A stretch of DNA of 64,000 bases from assembly GCA_963842155.1 (NCBI GenBank), contig CAWJFP010000039.1, positions 18,321 through 82,320 of the forward strand, read 5' to 3'. The stretch comes from an uncultured Pseudomonadota bacterium (GTDB lineage Bacteria; Pseudomonadota; Alphaproteobacteria; JACZXZ01). Each line of letters begins with the position of its first letter. The first letter of the stretch is position 1. The notes below the pieces were generated by a model that searched no databases, had not been told where the DNA came from, and saw nothing but the letters and a program-made list of their open reading frames with translations. Below are positions 56,860 to 64,000 of the stretch, piece by piece. The position numbers and the translations under genes are program-made.

Positions 56860-58164
56860 CTACCGCGAGGCGGCCGTCGATCCGATGGCCAGCGTCCGGG
56901 ATGGGCGGAATTCCGCCCGGCAATGCTCGACGCTATCAGGTCCAAGCCCGCCCCGTCCATAGCACAAGTGGGGTACGGCGAGAGGCCCGTCAAGGTCGAA
57001 GAGGGCCGGGAGCGAGGGCCGCGCGGGGGTCGGAATCGGGCAATGTTCGAGGTCCGCGGCGCGCAAACCGCGCCAGCCCTGGGCGCCAAGCGCCGCCACA
57101 TGCAGCGCGCCGCGCGCCGCGCGCGGCCGGCCGGTCAGGGAAATAACGAATCGCCCGTCCCAATGGAGAGACCCGCCGGGCACGATCTTTTGCCCTCGCG
57201 CGACCGCCCCCGGCTCGCGGCAGACGAGAAGCCGCCTTGCGTCGCCGGGCAGGAGGCGCATTATCCGACAGCCGCCGAGCGTGCGGGCCTTTGGCAGGCC
57301 GTCCAGGCGAAGCGCGCGATAAAGCCGCTCCAGCCGCGCGAGCCGGGGCGGATAGCCGCCGCCGCCCAGGCATTGCAGGAGAGCGGCGAGAGCGCGCAAG
57401 CCGAGCTCCTCGGGCGCCGCGGCAAGGGGCCCCCGCTCCAGGATCGCGTAGCCGGCGGGATCGAGCGTGACGGATGCGGCCAAGAGGGCTTCGAGCGCTC
57501 GCTCGAGCGCTCGGCGCGCGCGCGCCAGCCGCGCGGCCGTCGCGGCGAGCCGAGTGGCCGTGAGCCCCTCGCGCGCCAAAGCCGGCATGAGCGCGCGGAG
57601 CCTTGCCCGCGCATGCCTTGGGTCGCGGTTGGCCGGATCCTCGATCCAAGGCTGCTTTTGCGCCGCGAGCGTGGCGGCGAGCCGCGCGCGCGGGAAATCG
57701 AGCAAAGGCCGCAGCAGGCGAAGATCGGCGCCGGGAGCGAGCGGCGCCATGGCGGCGAGCCCGTCCAGCCCGCTGCCGCGGCCGAGGCGGAGCAGCAATG
57801 TCTCGGCCTGGTCGTCCTGCTGATGGGCGAGGAGGAGATGGAGAATGCCGGCCTTGCGGCACCAGCCGGTCAGAAGGGCGTAGCGCGCGGCGCGCGCGGC
57901 GGCTTGCAGATTGGCGGCAGGCTTGGCGCCGCGCCAGCGCAGGATGCGACAGCCGATGCCGCGGGCGCGCAGCCAGGCTCGGACGCGGCCTGCCTCTGCG
58001 GCCGACCCGCGCCGCAAGCCATGATCGACGATGAGGGCCGTGGCCTCGCCGCCTTTCGCCTCGGCCCAGGCGGAGGCGAGCAGCGCCAGCGCCATGCTGT
58101 CGCTCCCGCCCGAAACCGCGAGCGCGAGGCGCGGCGCGCTTTCGAACGGCCCGAGCGCCGCCAT
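56860..58164 (-). CDS. tilS: tRNA(Ile)-lysidine synthetase
   Basis: PP-loop LAVSGGSDSMAL. ATG 58164; the ORF extension to 58506 overlaps cpoB. Confidence 0.88.
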   Translation of the reverse strand: MAALGPFESAPRLALAVSGGSDSMALALLASAWAEAKGGEATALIVDHGLRRGSAAEAGRVRAWLRARGIGCRILRWRGAKPAANLQAAARAARYALLTGWCRKAGILHLLLAHQQDDQAETLLLRLGRGSGLDGLAAMAPLAPGADLRLLRPLLDFPRARLAATLAAQKQPWIEDPANRDPRHARARLRALMPALAREGLTATRLAATAARLARARRALERALEALLAASVTLDPAGYAILERGPLAAAPEELGLRALAALLQCLGGGGYPPRLARLERLYRALRLDGLPKARTLGGCRIMRLLPGDARRLLVCREPGAVARGQKIVPGGSLHWDGRFVISLTGRPRAARGALHVAALGAQGWRGLRAADLEHCPIPTPARPSLPALFDLDGPLAVPHLCYGRGGLGPDSVEHCRAEFRPSRTLAIGSTAASR

Positions 58165-58250
58165 CGCGCGTGCGAACTCAGGCCCGCCGACCGGCTTGGC
58201 CGCGGCGGCGGCCTCGGCTTGTCTCGGTTCCCGCAGCGCCGCGCCGCGTC

Positions 58251-59261
58251 TCACCCGCAGCCGGCGAGCTTGCGCTCGCGCGCGGCGCTCTGCCGCAGGG
58301 TCGCGGGCGCGGCGGGATATTTGGCGGCGAGCGAGGCGTAGACGTCGCAGGCGTCCTTCTTGCGGTTGAGCTTGCCGAGCGACATGCCGAGCTTGAGCAG
58401 CGAATCGGGCGCCTTGACGCCCTTGGGGAATTTCTCGTAGCCCGTGGCGAAGGCGGAGGCCGCGTCCTGGAAATTGCCGCGAATATAGTAGGTCTCGCCG
58501 AGCCAATATTGCGCCGCGCCGGCAAGCTGATCGTCGGGGTGGGTGTTGACGAAGGCCTTGAGGGCCACTTCGGCCGCGTCGTAATCCTGCTGCTTGAGGA
58601 AGGCGAGGGAATAATCATATTGCTGCTGCGGCGTGCCGAGGGGCAGCACCTGGCCGTTGCCGACGACATGCCCGACGGGCTTGGCCGGCGCGAGCGCCGG
58701 GCTCGGCGTCGCGCCCGGCGGCGGGGTGAGGACGGGTGCCGCCTGCTGCTGGGGCGGCGGCACGAGCATCACCGGCTGCTGGCCTTGCCCCGGCTGTTGC
58801 GCTTGGCCCGGCTGCTCGGCTTGCGCCTGCTGGGACGCGACGCCGGCGGCCTGGCTCTGCTCGAGCTTGCCGAGCCGCGCATCGATATCCTTCGACAGGC
58901 GGTCGAGCCGGTCCTTCATCTGCGCGAGATCGTGGTCCATCTCCTCGACTTGGCCGGTCAGGCTTTGCATCTGGTCCTCGAGTTGCGAGACGCGCACTTC
59001 GAGGGCCGCCGTGGCGCCCGGTGCGGCAGGGGCGGCCTGGGCGATCTGCGGCACGCCGCCCGGCGCGCGCGGGCCGAGATTGACCTGGCGCTGCAGGATT
59101 TGCAGATCGGCCTCGAGGCGCTGCAGGCGCTGCAGCAGCGCCGCGTTGTCGCCCTGGGCGAAGGCCTCGCTTGCGGGCGCCCAGAGCAGGAGCGCGAGCG
59201 GCAGCGCGCGCAGCAGGCTCGTCGCTCTCGGCGGATATGCTGCGAAAAGGCGCGGCATCAT
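58251..59261 (-). CDS. cpoB: Tol-Pal system protein CpoB/YbgF
   Basis: Signal peptide, coiled coil (LLQRLQRLEADLQILQRQV), Gln/Pro linker, and a C-terminal TPR (YDYSLAFLKQQDYDAAEVALKAF...). Confidence 0.88.
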   Translation of the reverse strand: MMPRLFAAYPPRATSLLRALPLALLLWAPASEAFAQGDNAALLQRLQRLEADLQILQRQVNLGPRAPGGVPQIAQAAPAAPGATAALEVRVSQLEDQMQSLTGQVEEMDHDLAQMKDRLDRLSKDIDARLGKLEQSQAAGVASQQAQAEQPGQAQQPGQGQQPVMLVPPPQQQAAPVLTPPPGATPSPALAPAKPVGHVVGNGQVLPLGTPQQQYDYSLAFLKQQDYDAAEVALKAFVNTHPDDQLAGAAQYWLGETYYIRGNFQDAASAFATGYEKFPKGVKAPDSLLKLGMSLGKLNRKKDACDVYASLAAKYPAAPATLRQSAARERKLAGCG

Positions 59262-59423
59262 CGACCTCTCGGCTGGAATGGGGGCACGCGCGATGCCGGC
59301 GGGGAGAGGCCCGGCCGGCCCGCGAAGCTGCCCGCTATTCTAGGCGAAATTATGGCGCGGCGGCGAGGGGTACTGTCCGATGGCTCCTACCCTGGCTAGG
59401 ACAGAACCGGCGTTTCGATTTGT

Positions 59424-59846
59424 TTAGTCTTGGTATTCATAATCGGAGTGGGTTACGGCTTCAAACCGGCCCTCGCCCAAGCTAATGGCGTGTTTCGATG
59501 GGACATATTCACGACAGAACCCCATCAATCGCTCTTTCAGGTCCCAATCGGAGTAGCGAATAAACCCCATCACATAGATGCGTTGGCCGCCACCCGTTGG
59601 ATTGATTTTCGGGTCGCCGCTAAGAGGGCTCCGGCTTTCTACTGGGATGATGCACGACCCGTAACCATCGATCGTGTCGCCGTAGTGCAGCAAGACAGTG
59701 GTTTCTTCGTCTTCCAGTGGCGGCGTCATCGGCAGGCCGGAAATGGACCAGTAGAATTTATAACGGCTTTCGATAATTTTAGCCTCGGTCGCGCCGCTAT
59801 TAACAACGACCAAACTCCCCTTGATTACCCTCCCTTTGGCAAACAA
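59424..59846 (-). CDS. Hypothetical protein, probable 3' part of a disrupted membrane-protein gene
   Basis: Low GC. Its VVVNSGATEAKI...MGFIRYSDWDL resembles LIKNSGVTPAFK...YGKITYEDSFG of 60483..61112. It begins at a TTG with no RBS. Confidence 0.45.
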   Translation of the reverse strand: MFAKGRVIKGSLVVVNSGATEAKIIESRYKFYWSISGLPMTPPLEDEETTVLLHYGDTIDGYGSCIIPVESRSPLSGDPKINPTGGGQRIYVMGFIRYSDWDLKERLMGFCREYVPSKHAISLGEGRFEAVTHSDYEYQD

Positions 59847-60300
59847 TGGCTGGCCTGGCCCCTATGGATTCGATACTGACGCTGCGAATACGAAAATAGG
59901 GACGGTGCGTGGCGAGATATTGCAGGCGCGCAAGCCCATGTTGTTTATCCGTAATGTCGGCTTGACGGCCGGAAAGGAGAGCGGCCTTGTGCGCGGCATC
60001 AGCGGCTTGCATCGCCGCATCAGCGTGAATTTTTTCGACGGCCCACAGCTTCTCAGTAGAGCGCCAAAGGGTGAGGGTAAAAGCGGCGATGGCAATTGTG
60101 GCGAGGGCGTTAATACCCACCCCGTAGTCGTTAAGAATTTTTCCAGCCTTAATGGCGAGGAAAAGAGGGAAGCTATAAATGGTACAATCTTCTTGGCCGG
60201 TTTGGGGGTTTTGCTGGCATATCTCTGCATACGTTTGAATCGATAATTCCAATGCTGCAACAATTAAAATCCCGCCGCCAACCGCCAGCGCACCAGCCAT
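59800..60300 (-). CDS. Hypothetical membrane protein, probable 5' part of the same gene
   Basis: ATG 60300 (MAGALAVGGGILIVAAL...), three TM segments, then THRPYFRIRSVSIE (compare RPYVFIDSGSIV in the paralogue). It overlaps the downstream ORF by 47 nt in another frame. Confidence 0.45.
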   Translation of the reverse strand: MAGALAVGGGILIVAALELSIQTYAEICQQNPQTGQEDCTIYSFPLFLAIKAGKILNDYGVGINALATIAIAAFTLTLWRSTEKLWAVEKIHADAAMQAADAAHKAALLSGRQADITDKQHGLARLQYLATHRPYFRIRSVSIESIGARPAIVCQREGNQGEFGRC

Positions 60301-60482
60301 GCGCCATTTCGTTGGCCTCGGCATCGTTGCTGCGGCAGTCCGGCGCATTCAGGTTCAAAAAACGGCGATTATGCACTATTAGACATAAGGCGGCGCGGGG
60401 TCTACGCTGGGCGCGACAGGCCGGCGTTCTAATCGTTTTATTTGGTTGCCTGTGGGGAGGATCGACGCTCGCTAGCGAAGCG

Positions 60483-61112
60483 TCAGGTGGCGCTATTGCC
60501 ATCCGTCATGTAGACCAAAATCGTGCCGGTGGGACGCGGGTATGCCCCAGCGTAGCCCAGGCAATAGTTTGTTTCGTGTTGGATACCAAACGAATCCTCA
60601 TACGTAATCTTTCCATAGGAGATTATTGCAAAAGCAGGATTTGCCAAAAGACCGATTTCATAAGGCGTTATTGTACGCATCAGATTCCTGGTGAGCGTGC
60701 TTGTGGCGCCAGGGGCAATCGTTGTGGGCGAACAAATATTGGTGATATCGGCTGGGGCGTCCAATACGCCAGCCGGAAGCCGAGCGTCCAACGTAACATG
60801 GGTGAGCTTTACGGCGCTCCAGTGTCGAGTTTTGAATGCTGGCGTAACCCCGGAATTCTTTATAAGAAGACCGCTGTTTGGGCAGCCAGTTTGCGCTGGC
60901 GCAGAGACATTTGGTGGCGTAGCACCATCTACAATGCTGCCGGAATCGATAAAAACATATGGCCTCAATTGGGCGCGCGTTGTGACTATTTGTCGGTAGC
61001 CAATCCAGGCGAGAGCGCCCGTATTGATCATGAGAAGAACAGTCGCGACGGCGGTTATGGCACCGTCGTGAGTCTCCAGAAAAACGCGGACGCATATGAG
61101 AAAGTCGCGCAT
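60483..61112 (-). CDS. Hypothetical membrane-anchored protein (paralogue of 59424..60300)
   Basis: 209 aa with GAGG 8 nt upstream of the ATG. One N-terminal TM, then a beta-rich domain. About 50% GC. Confidence 0.55.
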   Translation of the reverse strand: MRDFLICVRVFLETHDGAITAVATVLLMINTGALAWIGYRQIVTTRAQLRPYVFIDSGSIVDGATPPNVSAPAQTGCPNSGLLIKNSGVTPAFKTRHWSAVKLTHVTLDARLPAGVLDAPADITNICSPTTIAPGATSTLTRNLMRTITPYEIGLLANPAFAIISYGKITYEDSFGIQHETNYCLGYAGAYPRPTGTILVYMTDGNSAT

Positions 61113-61148
61113 GATCGCTACCTCATTAGCGGCGCGCTGTTCATTTTT

Positions 61149-62203
61149 GGGATTGTGGCTATCTTCACAATCGGCCTATTGCTCGTTGCCTATTTTTGGT
61201 TGCGGCGATGAATTTAGCACCCCTTGATCGCTTCTCCAAAGATATCCTCATTCTCCCTGTTGTTGTAGCGGAATTGAAACTCGGCGACATAGAGCGGCAG
61301 GTACTTCTTGCTGACCTTGTGAAACGTGCCGATCATGCCCCGCTTAACGAGCGACCAAAAGCCTTCAATTGTGTTGGTATGGACAGCGCCAATGACGTAC
61401 TGGCCACGCGCGTGATCGATGGTGGCGAGCGGGTAGTCAGCACGAAGTGGGTTATAGCCGGGATATTGATCCGCGCAGAGCAAGCTGACTTTCGTCGAGA
61501 CGGACTCACGAACAAAGGCCGTCAGTGTGGAAGCTTGGACGTTTTCGATGACGCGGGCCACGACACTACCCTTGCGGCGCACGGCCCCGACGATGACGGC
61601 CTTTCCAGAGCCGACGCCACCCGTTCCGCCGCCACCGCCGCGCTTGTCCCAATGTCTGTTTTTCGCCTTGCCGCCGATGAAAGTTTCATCGACCTCGACA
61701 ACACCTATGAGTTTGCGAAATTCCTCGTTCGCCAGCCCGGCGCGGATGCGATGGCACATGTGCCAAGCGGTGCGGTAGGAACCAGTGCCGATCACGCGAT
61801 GGACCTGCAAGGCACTGATGCCCTTCTTGCTGGTCAGCATCATGTGAATGACGCGAAACCATGTGCGAAGCGGGTAATTCGTGTTCTCGAATACCGTTCC
61901 GACCAAATGGGAAAAGCGGTAGCCAGCCGATCCGCCAGGGGCGCAAGCGGTGCATTGCCAGTGCCAAGGGCGGCTAGGAAGCTCGTAGGGGTTTTCAGCG
62001 CCGCAACGCGGGCAACGGACGCCCTGGGGCCATCTATGGGCAACCAGATAGGCACAGCAAGCGTCTTCGTCCGGGAAAGCCTTTTCCCATTGGCCGATTG
62101 TCATTTGGTGGATGCGCTTCTTGGTAGCCACGGCTCGCCTCCCTCGATGGTAGGGAGAGCCTAACATATGAAAATCCTTATGTCAAGTAGTGCACAATCG
62201 CCC
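61149..62203 (-). mobile_element. IS1595-family insertion sequence (boundaries tentative)
   Basis: Candidate imperfect inverted ends are gggattgtggctatcttcac (61149-68) and the reverse complement of gtcaagtagtgcacaatcgccc (62182-62203). The resulting size of ~1.05 kb fits the family. Confidence 0.5.
61214..62104 (-). CDS. IS1595 family (ISXO2-like) transposase
   Basis: MTIGQWEKAFPDEDACCAYLVAHRWPQGVRCPRCG (N-terminal Zn ribbon), then the DDE region VEVDETFIGGK...DQYPGY...NTIEGFWSLVKR. ATG 62104; the ORF extends to 62167. Confidence 0.88.
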   Translation of the reverse strand: MTIGQWEKAFPDEDACCAYLVAHRWPQGVRCPRCGAENPYELPSRPWHWQCTACAPGGSAGYRFSHLVGTVFENTNYPLRTWFRVIHMMLTSKKGISALQVHRVIGTGSYRTAWHMCHRIRAGLANEEFRKLIGVVEVDETFIGGKAKNRHWDKRGGGGGTGGVGSGKAVIVGAVRRKGSVVARVIENVQASTLTAFVRESVSTKVSLLCADQYPGYNPLRADYPLATIDHARGQYVIGAVHTNTIEGFWSLVKRGMIGTFHKVSKKYLPLYVAEFQFRYNNRENEDIFGEAIKGC

Positions 62204-62795
62204 AAAAAACAGGTGGCTTACCGCCAACCATAATTGTGACCTTGTCACGATGCTGGTCACCTATTGCGAATGGGATCCCAGTCGCCTTAAGAGCCTCGGC
62301 CAAATTCACGGCGGCTGGGTCGCTTGTCTGGAACACGATAAGACCAGTCCAAATAACCCCAAGAGGGAAAGTCTTTTTATCTACATTCCAACCTGCATCC
62401 GTAAGAGTTTTTAAAATGTCTGCGGCATATAGGCCGGATTCAGAATCACCCATCGTTTCTATATCAAATGTAGCGGGATTCTGTGATAGCAGCTTGACTA
62501 GCGTTTTGTGCTGCTCGTTCGTAATTCGCCTGTTGGCAAATTTCTGTCTAAGGTCAATATTTTGTCTTTCTAAGTTGGCGGCCCGCTCTTCTAGTTTTCC
62601 GGCCCGCTCTCTTGCTTCGCCAGCCTCTACATTTAGGGCGGTCATTGTCGCTTCAGAATCGTGGTCACGGACGCTTGTCCCCCACATTAAAAGGAAGACA
62701 CCAATAAAGGTGACTGCGGCTCCGATAATGGAGGCTTTCCACCCCCATGCGTAAAAACGGTTTGCCGTCTCAAGCGAAATATCTAAAAGCGCCAT
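62178..62795 (-). CDS. Hypothetical membrane-anchored coiled-coil protein, possibly C-terminally truncated by the IS
   Basis: ATG 62795 with GGAGG 6 nt upstream. One TM, a coiled coil (EARERAGKLEERAANLERQNIDLRQKF), and a ~100-aa C-domain. The last 8 codons (WAIVHYLT) lie in the candidate IS end. Confidence 0.5.
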   Translation of the reverse strand: MALLDISLETANRFYAWGWKASIIGAAVTFIGVFLLMWGTSVRDHDSEATMTALNVEAGEARERAGKLEERAANLERQNIDLRQKFANRRITNEQHKTLVKLLSQNPATFDIETMGDSESGLYAADILKTLTDAGWNVDKKTFPLGVIWTGLIVFQTSDPAAVNLAEALKATGIPFAIGDQHRDKVTIMVGGKPPVFWAIVHYLT

Positions 62796-62877
62796 CGCCG
62801 CCTCCGTGGGTTTTTGTGGCCGCAATAATTTTTGTGCTGATATGGGCCGCCCTCATGCTGTGCGTCACGCCATGAAA

Positions 62878-63380
62878 TCAGCATCCCCTAATCGCTTCTC
62901 CAAAGATATCCTCGTTCTCGCGGTTGTTGTAGCGGAATTGGAATTCCGCGGCGTAGAGCGGGAGGTATTTTTTGCTGACTTTGTGGAAGGTTCCGACAAC
63001 GCCGCGCTTGAAGATGCTCCAAAAGCCTTCATCGTATTGGTGTGGATCGCGCCGATAACGTACTGACCGGCCGCGTGGTTGATGACGGCATGCTGCGGGA
63101 ATTCGTCGGCAAGATGCTTGTAGCCGACCCAATGATCCGTGACGAGCAAGCTGACCTTGTTCGAAACGCTTTCGCGGATGAAGCCGGTCAGCGTCTCGGC
63201 GCGGACATTCGAGATGACACGCGCCACGACATTGCCCTTGCGCTGGACGGCTCCTGCGACAACGGCTTTCCCCATGCCGCCCGTCCCGCCGCTCCCATCC
63301 CCGTGCTTGTCCTTGTGTCCGTTCTTGGCCTTCCCCCCGACGAAAGTCTCATCGACTTCCACAACACTGGCCGATCCCAT
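62878..63380 (-). pseudogene. 5'-truncated, frameshifted IS1595-family transposase
   Basis: Starts at the equivalent of residue ~160 (VVEVDETFVGGKAKN...). A 1-nt deletion near 63045 splits it into ORFs 62865..63380 and 62878..63132. It is about 80% nt identical to 61214..61700 by eye. Confidence 0.85.
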
Positions 63381-63528
63381 CTTAGGACACTCTAAAAGGT
63401 CTCGGACAGTACCGCAGCGTTTATGTTGCTCGATACAATCTCTGCTCGCGAAGGCGGAGCCGGCTTAGGAACGCTCCTGCGCCGCCAGACTCGAGTCATC
63501 CGGCGAGGGACAAGTCGGGTCGGCTCGC

Positions 63529-64000
63529 TCAGGGCTGCTTGAAGAGGTAATGCCGCAGCATGTAATCGAGGCCATGGCGCCATGACTCGTCGGTGTTGCC
63601 GCGAATGTCCACGCTCTTGACGAACTCCATCTTCCCCACGCCGCGCGCGTCCTCCATATAGAGATTGATGTTGAGGATGAGGTTGCTCACCTTTTGCACG
63701 GTGCCCCAGGCGGCCCAATCCGCACCCGCCGCCAGCGCATAACCGCGCTCGCAACCGTTGCAGCCGGTGATCTCGGGGCCGGCGGCGATCTTCGCGCGCA
63801 GCTCGGGCGGAATGGGGAGGATCTTGAAACGGCCCGAGGCGTCCAGCTTTTCGCGGAACAAATCGTCGAGCATGCGGAGGCGCTCGTTTTCGGCCGGCTG
63901 CGTCGGCTCGAGCGAGGTATTGATCAATTGAAAGCCGAAGAACGCGACGCGGGGCACGGCGTCGTCCGCCACGGCACTCGCGGGAACGATCGGCGCGAGG
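63529..64000 (-). CDS. Conserved periplasmic protein (DUF2380/DUF3280-like); N-terminus off-window
   Basis: The frame is open to the window edge (...PIVPASAVADDAVPRVAFFGF, a signal-peptide end). Body motifs are CNGCERGYALAAGADWAAWGTVQKVSNLILNINL and DIRGNTDESW. Confidence 0.65.
   Translation of the reverse strand, partial: LAPIVPASAVADDAVPRVAFFGFQLINTSLEPTQPAENERLRMLDDLFREKLDASGRFKILPIPPELRAKIAAGPEITGCNGCERGYALAAGADWAAWGTVQKVSNLILNINLYMEDARGVGKMEFVKSVDIRGNTDESWRHGLDYMLRHYLFKQP

Noticed and set aside
59262-59423. Missing pal/tolB upstream of cpoB as proof of gene loss
   Set aside because: tol-pal may simply be located elsewhere in this lineage. Without comparative data I note only a possible synteny break.
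60252-61211. 319-aa plus-strand ORF in the low-GC patch
   Set aside because: It is antisense to 60483..61112, which has an RBS, a TM anchor and a paralogue. The plus-strand product is Arg/Cys/Trp-rich with no domain-like pattern, so it is most likely a shadow frame. I am less certain here than for the high-GC shadows.

Overview
High-GC (roughly 65-70% by eye) alphaproteobacterial chromosome segment. The gene order looks like Hyphomicrobiales/Rhizobiales (inference from synteny and REP types, not searched). The backbone is housekeeping: mutL, lspA-ileS, ltaE, rluD/rpoH, hisZ-purA, serA-serC, thiD-glmM-folP-ftsH-tilS-cpoB and tRNA-Glu(CUC), mostly on the minus strand. Many long ORFs in the track are GC-driven antisense shadows and were rejected. 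Four lower-GC accessory patches interrupt the backbone. (1) 5.9-15.4 kb upstream of ileS holds a tightly coupled operon: a DUF2877/AllH-like protein, an unannotated 49-aa acidic peptide ending in Gly-Gln, a PaaK/F390-synthetase-like adenylating ligase, and two methyltransferase-like paralogues made by a diverged 1.06-kb tandem duplication. Next to it sit a PilZ-methyltransferase fusion, an orphan polytopic histidine kinase, an alpha/beta hydrolase and a FabZ-like protein lacking the catalytic His; together these resemble a Phc-type fatty-acid methyl-ester signalling module. (2) 22.3-26.4 kb, at the 3' side of tRNA-Glu, holds a truncated segmental duplication, a low-GC islet of small hypothetical genes (one split at a G7 tract), and vapBC and hicBA modules. 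(3) 34.0-36.8 kb holds a nucleoside 2-deoxyribosyltransferase-like gene coupled to a 4-TM protein, followed by an IS630 element inserted in the CTAG of its stop codon and a MITE-like repeat. (4) 59.3-63.5 kb upstream of cpoB holds paralogous membrane-anchored hypothetical proteins and one intact plus one decayed IS1595-family copy. Other points are a 24-bp in-frame tandem repeat at the 5' end of a DMT transporter gene and two DUF1127 genes beside regulators. No CRISPR array, integrase, prophage or rRNA was seen. My best candidates for an undescribed system are the DUF2877/peptide/ligase/methyltransferase operon and the adjacent Phc-like block. Both are inference and need homology and neighbourhood searches.
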